Of a stretch of 64,000 nucleotides of DNA, positions 37,760-50,841 are shown in pieces. The notes below the pieces were generated by a model that saw nothing but the letters and a program-made list of their open reading frames with translations, was not told the DNA's origin and did not search any database. Position 1 is the first letter of the stretch, and each line of letters begins with the position of its first letter. The position numbers and the translations under genes are program-made. The stretch comes from Selaginella moellendorffii (lineage: Eukaryota > Plantae > Lycopodiophyta): positions 1,391,812 to 1,455,811 of the forward strand of contig NW_003314294.1 of NCBI RefSeq assembly GCF_000143415.4. The letters are read 5' to 3'.

Positions 37760-40700
37760 ACACCAGCTACAGGAGGCAACACCCAAGCCCACTTGATGCC
37801 TGGGCTAACTCAGCCTATAGCCTACCCGAGGCCATGCAGGCCGGTTTGCTGGCATACCAGCCCGCCCCCAACAGCCATAGCTAGCCCATGCCGAGTGCTT
37901 GGGCGAGTGCCCGGCCTGAGCACCTAGCATGGGTGAGGCTGTGCATGGCAGTTCACCAGCGTGCCAGCCTGCCCCGCACCACCATGGCTGGCCCATGTGG
38001 AGTGCTTGGGCAAGTGCCCGGCCTAGGCACTTGGCACTGGCGAGGCCGTGTGGGGCGGTTCGCCGGTGTACTGGCCCGCCCCGCACAGCCATGGCCAGCC
38101 CACATAGAGTGCTTAGGCAAGTGCTTGGCCCGGGCACTTGGCATTGGTGAGGCCGTGCGGGGTGGTTCGCAGGCATACTGGCCCGCCCCGCACAGCCATG
38201 GCTGGCCTGCGCAGAGTGCTTGGGTGAGTGCCCGGTCTGAGCACTTGGTGCGGGCAAGGCCGTGCGGGGCAGTTCGCCGGCATACGGGCCTGCCCTACAC
38301 AGCCATGGCTGGCCCATGCGGAGTGCCCGGCCAAGTGCCTCAATTGGGCAACTGGCGCAGGTGAGGCCGTGCGGGGCAGTTCCCGGCGTACCGGCCCGCG
38401 CGGAGTGCTTGCGCGAGTGCCCCGCCCGGCCACTTGGTGCTGGCAAGGAATGATTGGTGATTCTGGAATTGTCACATACTCCTTTCCATCTCTTTGGCAC
38501 CGGTCCCATCCCAGCGAAAGGTGGGGAGAGTACCCATGAGGCTTGCGTAAGGCCACGATGTTCCGAAATGTAGTCCCAAAGTCCCAAATGGTGAAAGGGA
38601 AGAGGAGCAGTCCTCTAGTGTAGTGACCAAGGATACGGTCACATGGTGAGGAAGTCCCAAAGGATAGTGGGACTTAGAGGTTGGGCTTGCGGGCCTTGAT
38701 CTAGTGGCAGTGTTGGCGAACACGGCCATAGACAGAAAGGGACTTGGTGAGGATTGAAAAGGAGATATCGGGGAAGGCTATTCCCCATGTCTACGGGTTT
38801 TCTAAGGATGTTAAGGAGTGGATCTGGGATGACCACTCATGGACAAATGGCCTAGTCTTGGAGAGGCGGGATTGCAATGCAAGTGGTATTGGACCACCGA
38901 TGTGACCAAGGTGATTGGGCATGGCCTAGCATAACGAGCTGGCATGTTGGTGGTGCCTTGGGGTGTCGGTCATGAGACCGGACACATGGAGCACTTGGAC
39001 CAAGTGCAAAGGTTGAGTGGCATGGGTGCCATTCTCGGGGCTAGCAAGCCCCAAGTCCTGAGTGGGACTTGTGGAGGCTGTGAATGAGACTCCTCCAAGT
39101 GGTCGGAGGTGCGGTTAAGTGACTATAGTAGAATGGAAAAATTTAGTCGCTTACAACTTGGTATCGCAGCTGTTCCTTAGTTTGACTTTTATTGGTGCTC
39201 AAGTATATCACCACTAGCGTTGGCATCGGAAGGTCTGAGGAGTGGGCCTATCCTCGAGGAGTAGCAGGTCGGGAAGACATGGCTCTCCATTACAGTTCAT
39301 GTGTGAACTTGTAGACGAGGTGGTGGATAGAAAAGGGCCAATAATGGAACAACTTTGGGATCTTGGGAACAGTGCAAGGTTTTCCTCATTGAGTTGAGGA
39401 TATGATCCAGATGATCGTTTGACTCAACAAATTGGCTAATGTAGTTGTGGTAAACAACTATAGTTGGGATCACAGGGAAGATATAGACTCCCAAAATGAT
39501 AAAGGAGTCACAAGATTACCCTCATGTAGTTGAGGTTGGTGCTCATGAATGAGAGACCAGAAGTAATGACCGCGGGAGGTCAAATACGGAAAAGGACACC
39601 AGTCCTTGAAATGGTAGCTGGAGCTACCTCTAACAAATGCTGGAACAACCCGAGGAATTGGGGGTGTATTTAGAGGATGAGTTGGCATTCTCATCACATG
39701 GACAAGTGGTCCTAAGGGGTGAAAGGTTGCCCCTAAAGAACAAATTAAGTGTCGGAGTAACACTTGCAAAAGATGGTCCTTGTGAGTAGGACATGAATAC
39801 AAGGAGTTGTATTCCAATGAGCCAGCACCTCAAAAATAAGACCTCATAAGTCGTTGGATTAACAAAGTCCAAAAGGTTAAATGACTCCAATAGAGTCAAG
39901 GAATAATCCTAAGAGGTTAATGGAAGCATTTGGACTGAGGTGTGTGGTGCCCCATAAAGGATGAGGAGGATCTTGAGATCCAAGCATGAGAACAATGTGT
40001 ATCTCATTAATGGCAAAAGGTGCCATGCTAAAGTCGTGGGAAAGAGTTTCCCGGAAGAAAACAACTTTGACACAAAGTTATGCGTGAACTTTATGGTGCA
40101 GTGCTAGTGGATAATTGGCATAAGAGACAACCATATTGGTCTTGGCAAAAGACCTAGACACAAGTAAGAAGTGTCATAAAGGTAGGCTCGTGGAGCCAAT
40201 GGTGTGGAGACACCGAATGTGCCAAGGCGTGCTGCCTTGAGGTTAAGTTGGCGGGTTTATGAGAACCCTTTCCAAAGGAATCCCAATGGAAATGGGAATG
40301 GCATAGCCTAAGCTGGAAGGCATGCAATTAGAGTGTGGTGACCTAGATAATGGTGGAGGTGTGGAAGCACCAGCAATGAGTTATAGGACTTGACAACTAT
40401 GAGACAACTAAGCAAAAGGTGCAAAATAATTTGTTAAACTGGTAGAAGGTAACTACCTAAGACTTCTTATGGGGATAAGGAAGTTGGATATACCTTTATG
40501 GGGGATAAATTGCTTATGTTGCGATATAGTAAATCAATGTCGAAAATGGAATGCTCATTGTGAGAGAGGCCATTATTGGGACACTCAGACACTCTAGAAC
40601 ACCAAAAGGTGTTGTTTGGTGTCGTGAGGGCAATGGACAATGCCTAAGGGACAAAGTCCCTAGCGAATGATGGATAGGAAGTGTTATCCAAATGTCCAAG

Positions 40701-41730
40701 GTTGCGGAGACAAGAAAAGTCCGTCTACCCGAATTGGACAAAGCCAAAAGGGGATTTTGGCAAGGCTAGGGATGGGCATATAAAGGCCCATAAGTAGCAA
40801 CAGTAATCCTAGGGTATGGGATTACAAGGTGAGCAAACCCGGATTGAGGAACCACTCCTAGGCTGTCGGGTAGGTTCATCCCTATGAATACTTGCAAAAG
40901 CATGGTAGAAAGTGAGAAGCTATCTTCCTAGTCTGGAGGAAAATGACCGAAGGAAACGTATGAGGCCAAAATGCAAGTAGTAAAAGGATAGAACCGAACC
41001 ATAGGAATTGACAGGCATGACCAAGGGTGGTTAGCAAGTTGGGAGTGGAAAATCAAGTGGGTGCTCAAGCATGTTGTTACTAGCGACCAAGGTGCTATGG
41101 AGAGTCAAAAACATGGGATTGTCCATGTTAGACTATATGGCAATTGGAAAGCTTGTGAAAGGAGAGGCTTTAGCAAGCTAAAGGGACAGAGTTCCTTCGA
41201 AAGGTTCCCAAAGACAGTTCTAGGTAACTAGATACTTTGAAAGCCAAGTGTAAATGGTTCATAGAACGCGCGAAATCAGAGTGGTGTAGCAAAAGCGTGG
41301 TTTTGAAGTTTGCCATGAGGCTTGCCATACCGGGCCATTAGACTATGGTGTTTCGCCTCGGCGTCCCGAAGGAAGTGTTGCACCCAAGGCTTGGGATTTA
41401 GAGGGTCCCATGATCAAATCTTGTTGTACCAAGGGGTGTTAGGAACTTGGAGGCTTGGTGTGCTTGGCTGCTTGTGCCTGCGGGGAGTGTAGCCGAACCT
41501 TAAGTCCAGTCTAACCCGAGGAGGGGGATTGGGGGAGATTTGGGAATTCATGGATGGATGGCTAACACTCCATTGCTCGTGCAGTGAGTAACTGAAACCA
41601 AGTAGAACCAAGTAGGAGCTGGTACCATAGGCGGGAACCTTGGCAAGGGAACTTAGTAAAAGCCAAGGCAGTGTTAGACGGATAGACAAGGTAAACTGGC
41701 AAATTGGAAAGGAAAAATTTGTGGCTTACA
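37760..41730 (+). mobile_element. Decayed LTR element(s) nested in the MULE
   Basis: LTR end GCTTACA at 39155 followed by PBS TGGTATCGCAGC (39159-39170). 41330-41730 matches the 3' part of the LTR at 58130-58522. The left boundary is uncertain. Confidence 0.65.
37828..38445. repeat. 107-bp GC-rich tandem repeat, about 5.8 copies
   Basis: GAGGCC/GAGGCT/AAGGCC anchors at 37828, 37935, 38042, 38149, 38256 and 38363, each exactly 107 bp apart. Confidence 0.95.
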
Positions 41731-41809
41731 GGGAGCTTATATATATGATTCGAGGTAGTTATTTTTTCTCACTATTTTAAAATGGTTTTAAGCATTGCCC
41801 TTTTCACAG

Positions 41810-43616
41810 GCTACATTGTAATTTGACAATTGCAATGGTAGAGTTGAAAGTACAAGACCAAATGGCTCGGAAAATATTTTGGAAATCCCTCTCTGACATT
41901 GTATTGAAGCAAACTAATAAGCTTGCCAACTTTCGTGGTTTCATGGCAGATGGGGCTGGGGCTAATTAGAATGGTGTCTAGGCAGTCTTTGGGAATGATC
42001 AACCCCTAAAAGGTCGTGAGAGGATTTGTGAGTTTCATTGAGCTCAGAGCCTAAACCAACATTGCCATTTTATCAAGCTAGATTTCCAATTAGCATTTAA
42101 AGAGTTGTGCAAACAATGGCAGGTTGCACCTTCTGAAGAAGAGCATGAGGCAAAAGCAAACGAGATATGAATGTGGTGGCATGAAGATGGCCATACTGAC
42201 GTAAGTTGTCTACCACAACTTGAGTCGTGGTTGGGATGGTGGGAAGTTAGGATGTTCCAATGGGGACATCACTCTTTTTAGGTTGGTTTTTCATTTTTTC
42301 CTCTCTTTTTATTGCTTTTTAATATCATCTTTTTATTAGGATCAACCACTTAAAGATCTTGCATACACCCCAACTATGAATCTCTTAGAGAGTAAGCATT
42401 GGAGCTGGCATTCCTCTAAGGCAGGGAAAGGGAAAATGAGTTTATATAAAGCATGTATATCAGATTTAATATGCGCTATAGAGCAGTCTTCAAAACCCTT
42501 GGCATTTGAAGAAGGAAGATACATGAGAACAGGACCTTTGGTTAAGATGTTACACGATCGAATGAAGAAGAAAGTGACTCTACCAACATGAATAGTGGCA
42601 ACTACAATGGAGGAAATGGTCCACAGCACATCTATGGAGTACACTCCCTAGGCTTCTATTGGTGACATGAAGACCGTTTACTCAAAGTGTCATTTTTCCT
42701 TTGCTGATGAAGAAGTTGGCACGGATCTTGGAGCAAAAAGCTCTCACAGGCTTGATGTTGAGTATCATTTGCTCCAAGATATTGCCCCCGAACCGAGCCA
42801 CCTCAAGTGGCTGATGAAGAAAGTGCATCATAGCAAGTTGAAATTACTTATCGTAATGTAGAGCCGAAGCAATAGGCAATCCGTCGAGTGCTAGCAAAAT
42901 CAAATGTAAGGTGTGTAGGGATACTTCTGAGGGAAAAATATTAAGCTTTGATCCATGGTAACAAGTCTACTTTTGTTCCAACCCCATGTTTCCATAGGGA
43001 ATGAAAGCAAGTGGGATTTTTAAGATAGTGTTGGCTATATTGCTGCAACATTGATGTCAACCATACAAAGCGGCTTGAAGACACTATAGTGACTAAACCT
43101 GATGTAGTACCTAAAGAATGGCCGGTTGTTAATAGGGTTGCGCTCACCTCAGATGAAATTGAAAACCTTGAGAAATCTGGTTTCAATCTTGAGAGGAGAG
43201 TTGGAGACATGAGTGACAGAAACAAGACTATTCCTATAGAGATGCATAAAAGGCCAGCAAGAAAAGGTAAGGCAGTTAAATTTATTGGTATTGTTTCTAA
43301 GTAGAAGTAAAGTAAAATAAATTTGGCTCAAACACTTGAGTGTGAGATTCTCTCCATGATATACATCATTGCACTTGCAAAGAAGTACATAGTCAAAACA
43401 GAAGGTGGAGAGTACACAATTGCCATTCAAAATTTTCCTTCTTGCATATGTCCAAACTTTACGAAGTGCGAGGAATATGGGAAGGCATATGCTCCTTGCA
43501 AGCATATGTACTACATCTTCATCAACATCTTGCACCAGGATCCTAAAGTGGATATTCATATACACCAAGCAAGCTTTACTATTACTAAGTTGCAGAAAAC
43601 TTTAGGAGCTAACTAG
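41810..43616 (+). pseudogene. MULE transposase pseudogene with SWIM zinc finger
   Basis: FMADGAGAN..AVFG..RICEFH (MULE DDE region); SCICPNFTKCEEYGKAYAPCKHMYYI (SWIM CxC..CxH); stops and short introns. Confidence 0.8.
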
Positions 43617-45331
43617 ATTTTCTAACACTATCGATGTTTATTCTCTATCAATAATATAAACTTATTATACCTTAGATAATTAATAAAAATATTTTAATAT
43701 TTCACTTTTTATTTCATATACTTGTGAGTGTTTTTTTTGCAATACTACCCATAGTATTTGTGAGTCTCCATTTTTGTCTTTACCATCTCAAAAAATATTT
43801 CATAGTAGTCTTTCAGGTGCATGATGTTGCAATGTGTTGCGAGAGCATATATACCATCATACTGATGATTGCTATTGTTTCCACCAAAAGCTAGAAAACA
43901 TATAAGGCATTTCTTGAAAGTCACAAAATTGCAATTTTCTAAAATAAGTAGGAAAACATTCTTTTTCACTCAATTTGTAGCGCCCTCTGTCATTGCATTT
44001 ATCTCCAATTCATGATCACTATATTCACTATCCTCTCTTTTTTTCTCTTGTGTGGTTTGGTTATATTGTGCAATGAAATAACTATTGCATCTTGTAACCT
44101 TTGAACACTGGGAAGAAAGATTGTGAGACTTAAAATTACCATTACTAGAACCTATAAACATTTCTATGTATTTCTCTTTCTTTGAATAAGAGAGTAAATA
44201 AAGATCCATAAATTCTAAATAGTATGCTATAACAAATCCTTCAAAAATGTATTCTAGAAAAGAACCAAGTCTCTCTATAACAAACTTACATTAACAGTTG
44301 TTTTTTTTTCCTTTCAAATAGTTATATAGCCTTATATAGAATCTTAATTCAAATTTAATTGACAAACTTGATATTTACTAGATAGAGTACAGATTTAAGG
44401 AAGTGACAAAAATACTCTTTTTGTAAACATTTTATTTTATGTTCTAAAAAATGTCGCTATCATTGCATGTAGTAAATATTTAAATTATTAGAACAAGAAG
44501 TGTCCTTTAGAACATTTTTATTTATATAATATATATAGAGTTATTAAATTATTAAGTTTGCCATAACTTTACAATTTTAAAGTTTATAATGTTTGTACTA
44601 AATTATAATTGAAAATTGAGCTCAACTCGTGAGCTCAACTCTTTAACTCGTGAGCTCAAGTATGGTCCACGCTCACACGTTTGGATTAAAAGCTTCAACT
44701 TGGACAGTCGAGAGTGGGAGTGCAACTCCCAATGAAGTGCTCAAAAATGAACATGAAACAAGTAAAGTGAGTCTCTAGAAAAGGGACATAAGAAGACCAA
44801 CACATGACATGTGGAAGTGTCGAAATGGACCCAGGATGGCATCTGAGATGGAGTCCAAGATGGAGTCCAAGGTGGAGTCTGAGATGGAACCAAGACCGAG
44901 TCCAAGTCCAAGTCCAAAACCAAGATCGAGACCAACTCTAAGTCCGAGTTTGAATACTAATACAAGATGTTGGGTGAGAGCCCATAGCGGTCATCCCAGG
45001 GGTGGTGGGGGGGTTGCAAGGGGTTCCAAAAGTATAGTAGGGAGAGTGTGGGGGTTAGACTTAGTCGGACTCAGTGGAGCCAATTTGGCCAGAAAAGGCC
45101 AATGTGACCCAGGAAGGCTATGCCCACGTGTTGGGTGATGATATTGTTAGGGCATGGCCATTGAGAGAGTAAGAGAGAGAAAAGGAATGTTCTGGTCCTC
45201 AAAATATTCCCCATCTTCCTTGTATAAAACCCTTGCCTCACAAGGGCAAGGGGGGCATTTTGTGAAGAGCATTGAAACATTTCTTGTGTTTGAGTGAGTG
45301 TTGGGGGAGGTGCCCCTCCTTCCCCAACAAA

Positions 45332-45349
45332 TGGTGAACCCGGCGTGAT
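45332..45349 (+). other. Primer-binding site complementary to the tRNA-Trp 3' end
   Basis: TGGTGAACCCGGCGTGAT lies 2 nt after the LTR end ...CCCAACA. It resembles the complement of tRNA-Trp ...CACGUCGGGUUCACCA. Confidence 0.7.
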
Positions 45350-48300
45350 GCATAACACTTTCTAAGGCGTTATTTCTCTCTTTTTCTTTTGGCCACAGAA
45401 TTTGGGAAGGAATTCCTTGTTTTTTTTGCAATGGTTTTGTTTGATCTTGGACGTGTTAGATAGGTCTGGAGCTCCTCTTTCCAGCAAGGTATGGCACTCA
45501 TCAAGCCGTGCAATATTTGAAGAGATACAATGTTTCTTAGCTCAATTTGAGGAACAGTTTGGGGTTTTCACTTTCTCGCCTAGATCCTCAGCCCAATTTC
45601 TCAAAGTAATGCATTTGGGCTTATAGATTTGGTCTAGATCTACAAGTAGTGGGGATTTTTGGAGCTAGATTTGGCCAAATTGGCAACATGTAAAAGGATT
45701 TTCTTCTCCAGTTAAATTGGGTCATCTTTGTAGTAGGAATTCGTGCTCCTCCAAAATTTGTTTTGGATGCCATTTGTTTCTAGAGGTGCTCTTGGTCCTA
45801 GGTTTTCCGAAAAAACCAACAGCGCCTTAGTATCGATCTACATCAGTGACATATACATGTTTTTCCACAATATTGGCGTTCTGGGTTACCTCTTCTTGGA
45901 TTTTGGGGAATATTGAGGTGGCTTCTTCCCAAATTCCTACAATAGAGGGTAGACGGGGATGAGCCCTTTCCAACAAGCCCACCAACAATCAAAATGGGGA
46001 AGGATCAAGACCAAAAGACTCATTTTTCTTTTTTGGGCTAAACTTTGTTGAGGGTTCCTTGGGAATGAAGTAATCTTCAAGGAATAAGAGTTGGCATACG
46101 AATAAGAACAGGAGGAGCAGGAACAAGAGTTAGCATAGGAACAAGGACAGTAGGAACAAGCGCAGGGATAGGAGTTGGTGTTGGAGCAGACATAGGAGTA
46201 GGAGCGAGAGTAGGGGGTTACTGATTACAGGTTATAGGTCCCCAGTTACTGATTACTAGTTACTAATTATCAGCTACTCTAGTGGTTACCCCAGTGGCTA
46301 CTTTGACAGTTACCCTATGGGTCAACGGTTATGTGTGCTTGAGGCCTACATCTCCTTCCATTTTCACCCTTAGTTCTCTTTGTCATAAGTATTTTGAGCA
46401 ACTTGAGCATTAGTCTACAGTCTTCTTGCTCTTGTCAACCCATTTACCTTGACAGGGCATTTGCAGTTTTCAGGGTATTTGATGCTGATACAAACTAGAT
46501 GTGCGAAAAATTAGCACCCTTTTACCATACCTCAAGGCCCTAAGGTACGAAGTAACTTTCTAACATCCAAAGGTAGCTTAAGTACGACACAACACCTTCT
46601 CGGGCTGAGACTTCTTCATCCTTGGCAGATTCCAATGACTTAGATCTACGAGCTATGGTGCAGCCAACTTTAGCTCGACCTCAGCTCCATGTTTTGCAAA
46701 AGGGGAGTGATCTCCCAACCTTCTCAGGTGTTGGAACAGTCTCTCCAACATCGCATATCAGTTTCTTTGATTACTATTGCACCACAAACATGATCGTTGA
46801 CGATGATCGTATGTGCCATAACTTCTTGCAGTCTTTCGAAGGCAAAGTAGCAACTTGGGCAGACTATCTCCTCCCAGAGGACTGGACAGACTTCTAGACA
46901 CTACTTACTTCTTTTAGAGAATATTTCGTTGAAGAAAAACCCACAAATCGGCTACTTGTCGACCTCTTTTCGTTCTGGCAGAGTGCTCACGAGTCTGTTT
47001 CTGACTACATCACTTGGTTTTGAGCATACTGGAAGCAGTGTTGGGATCATAGAGTGGTCCAGGATGAGCAACAGGGGATCACAACATTCACAGCGGGTGT
47101 GTGTGGGAACTTGTAGCAGAAACTTCTTAAGAAGACATTCAAGTCTTGCCATGAGGCATTTTCATTTGCCACGAAGATGGAAAGAGAGCTTCTTGTCAAC
47201 CTAGGGAAGAATAAGGCAGCCGCTCAGCCTCCCATAGATCCCCCGACGTCAGTTGAGAGTGAATCTCTATTGGCACTAGATCCAGTGACACAAAGGGTGG
47301 CTTGTAAGCTCCCCTTCAAGTCACTACTCTCTTCTCCTCCTGAGATCTCACCAACAGCTATTCCTGTTCTGGAGTTAGTTCTTCAACAGTTGGTTGACAC
47401 TCCCGTCACCTTTTCACTCCGAGACATATTGTGTCTTGTCCCGGGATTTGGCCAGCATTTAGAGGAGTTTGCACAATCAGGAACACCAGAGAGCACTCTC
47501 AAAAGGACTCCTCAAGAGGTGCACATTGTTGACATGACAAGATATGGTGGAGATCTTGGTCCATTCTTCGTCCCGGTGCAGATTGGTACTTCCTCTTGTA
47601 AGATGGATGCTTTGGTTGACTCTGGTTCTAGAAGCAACATTATCTCTCTCAAAGTTGCCCTTTCAGCACAGCTACATATCATTGAGAGTTCCTCCATCGT
47701 GCTCAAGACCTTCGCTAACTACACCATTCCTCCAGCAGGCATTTGCTGTGGTGTCAAAGTCTCAGTGTAGGGTGTTATTTTTGAGATAGATTTCCTTTTG
47801 GTTGACTACCAATGTCTTGGAACATCCTCTTTGAAGGATTCTATCATCTTTGGCTGCTCATGGCAAATCACAGCCCATTGCACCATTGAAAGTGCACAAG
47901 GCAAAATGGAAATTAGTGATGGAACCCATAGCACCACCTTTCTCAACAACTACGGCAGAGCTCTTTCTTAGCAAGCCCAGTAGGCTCAGACTAAGATGGC
48001 CTCCACACCACACTTCCCTCTTGAGCTCACAAAGGTTTTTCCTAAGTTGGCGGTGGAATCAACCATCTATATGATAGATGCTTTCTCGTGCAATGTGATT
48101 GACATAGTTGGAGGTGAGTCGGATAGCTCGAGACATCTCTCAGCTTCACTCTCTTTATTTGAGAATAAGGCCAAGCCTCTAGATAGGCCCTCTTTATTTA
48201 ATGGCGGGGCTTATAGAGTACAGGCCTCCATATCCAGCTTTGTGGAGTGTTTCTCGATAGAGGAAAGGCTCCTCGATTTGTTTCTTGCATGGGACCAACT

Positions 48301-50841
48301 CTTTCGTATGGAGCTTGATGACACAGTCACTCCAGACCAGACCCATCTTTCACAAGACACAGCTGAACTCAATCCTCCTCAGCAACTATCTAAGGTGTCA
48401 CATAGCCCGCATCTTCCTATTAAAATTGCAATAGCTGATGACTCCAAGTGTATTTTGTCATTCTGTTTCTTGGAGATGGAAGATGACATCTAGACATAGA
48501 ATTAGCAGAAAGAATCAAGCCAATAGAACATGCTGCATGCAAGTTATAACTCTTTGAGTTCAAAATTTTCTACCGTGGAGCTTCTGGTACAGGTCCAAGT
48601 GTATTACATTGAAACTTTAGCACTAGACTTGGACTTGACTTCAGTGGAGGATCTTCCTTCACTTTCAGAGTACTTGGCTACAGTCCTTGCATTGGACATT
48701 GAGCACTTAGATCATCAGAAGCAAAGAGAACAACAGACAAAGTCTCCGAATCCAATAGCAACGTTCTTGCCTGACTTGCCAAAGACGGTCTTGCCAGATG
48801 TGGTGTCCCCAGCATTTTTATTTGAAGAAGAGGACACTCCTATGATTACAGCTTATTTCGATGGTGCTTTCTACCCCAAAAACCAGGTTGCCTGCATTGG
48901 AGTTTGGGTGATTGATTCTGCAAGGAACGAAGTAGCCGACCTCTCTATCACTTTCCCAGCAACATCAGCTAATGAAGTAGAGTACTTGGCGGCTATTAGT
49001 GCCATGAAGCTGGCCACAGATCTCAAGTTTAGATGAGTCACTTTTGTTGGAGATGCGCAACTCATCATATGCCAACTTACTAAAGAATACCAAGTCCGCA
49101 AAGAAAACCTGAAAGAGCTATGGCAGTGGGTGGTCAACCTGAAAGATGAGTTCTCTTAGGTGACTTTTCAAAGTGTCCCTTGTGAAGAAAACTTTTGGGC
49201 GGACAGGTTATCATATCAAGCAATCACCATGATGCGAGAGGCAAAAGGCACTCCCTACTCTTTGGTTTCCAAGGTCAGGGAGGAATCTAAGATAGATGAG
49301 CCCCCTAAGCCCAAGGTTTCTCCAGACTCTAGGGTTCATGCTATTTTCCTAGGTAATGACAAGGATGCGGTCTTTATTGCCACATCACTTGCTTCAACAA
49401 ACACAGCAAAGCTCTTGGATCTCCTTCACTGTTTCAAGGACGTGTTTGCTTGAGACTATAGCTAGCTTCTAGGAGTTCCCATGGACACAATCATGCATAG
49501 TATTGTGCTTTCAGAGACAGCCAAACCAGTCTATCAAAAGATGCGGCATTTTAGCCCAGCAGCTCACTCATAGATGAAGTTGGAGATCGAGTGACTTCTG
49601 GCAGCCTTCATGGATGGCTTTTCAGGGTATAACCAGATCTTCATTCATCTTGATTATCGAGAACTTATGGCCTTCCAGACACCTTGGGGCGTCTTCACTT
49701 TCAACGTCCTCCCGTTTGGTTTGTGTAATGCTGGAGCTACTTTTTAGCACTTTATGACCCATGCCTTTCACAACTTGATTGGAGGCGCCTTAAGGGTGTA
49801 TATAGATGATCTGTGCACGACCTCTGACTCCTTTGAGGACCACCTTGTGTACTTGGAGTAGATCTTCACTCGCTGCCGACATCATAGGTTTTCATTGAAC
49901 TCAGCAAACTGTAAATTCGGGGTGGCTAAAGGCCGGTTGTTAGGCTTTGATGTCTCATAGGATGGAATGAAGCCCCAAGTAGCCAAGGCTCAGGAGATTC
50001 TGGGTCAGAACCCACCAACCAACGTGAAGCAACTTCACAGCTTCCTCGGGTAAATGGGTTTCTTTCACTATTTCCTCCACAACTATGCTGCATGTTCATG
50101 GCCCTTGATAACTTTGCTACAACACAACGTTCCATTTGTCTGGGGTGAGTCCCAGCAACAAGCCTTTGAACCACTGAAGTAGTCACTCCACACGGCCCCG
50201 GTACTCCAACCACTACAATAACAACTTCCTTTTGACATTTACATCACAACGGGTATAGAGTCTTTTGAAGTATGCCTTTGCCAATGTTCACAGCCTGGCA
50301 AGCCCCCACATGCAACATGAATGCCTCACATTCATTCAAGGAGACTGAGAAAAAGTACGTGGATGCGCAAAAAGAAGCAGTGGCTGTTATTTGCACCTTG
50401 GAGCGATTTTGTCACTTTCTTGCTGAAGCCTGTATCTATTTCCACATCTATTTTAATGTGCTGACCTTTCTTTTATAGAGACCAATTCATAGTCCTCATA
50501 CTTTATCTTGGATCGGGACCATCCAAGAGTTCCAGCCAACTTTTCACATGCAGCATCTTCTCCAATAGCTACAGGTCAAGCATGTGAAGAGCAGCAGCTA
50601 TTATCCTGAGTGCAATGGCCAGGCCGAGTCCAACAATAGAATATTGAAGACAGTCATCTCAAAGCTTGTGGAGGATCACCCGAGGCATTGATGCTGAGGG
50701 ATGTGAGCACCCACACGCTCACAACCACTCTCACCTCAAACGCTTCATCCGGTGAGGTGTTCCTCTTCCCTTTTTTTTCTTTTTCTTTTTCTTCTTTTCT
50801 TTCACTTTACTTTCATGACTCCTTTTCTTACTTTCAGAGGG

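Larger units (their letters stand above)
33516..44661 (+). mobile_element. Mutator-like (MULE) DNA transposon, about 11 kb including a nested LTR element
   Basis: Inverted repeats GAGTTGAGCTCAC(A/G)AGTTGAGCTCAATTT at 33521-33549 and 44613-44641. 8-bp direct repeat ATGGTCCA (33508-33515, 44662-44669). Transposase remnant inside. Confidence 0.78.
33411..50690 (+). mobile_element. Degenerate Ty3/gypsy Tat-lineage element (gag-PR-aRH-RT-RH-partial IN); 5' LTR (33411-33515 + 44662-45329) split by a MULE
   Basis: PBS at 45332-45349; gag LPTFSG..HISFFD (46622); PR DALVDSGSRSNII; archaeal-type RNase H AYFDGA..SANEVEYLA..GDAQLI..ENFWADRLS (48840-49215); RT FMDGFSGYNQI..PFGLCNAGATF..VYIDD; IN SSYYPECNGQAES. 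No 3' LTR seen. Confidence 0.82.

Noticed and set aside
37828-38445. CRISPR-like array, and the 150-260 aa ORFs overlapping it
   Set aside because: The units are full tandem copies with no unique spacers, there are no cas genes and the context is eukaryotic. The ORFs reflect GC-rich repeats lacking stops.
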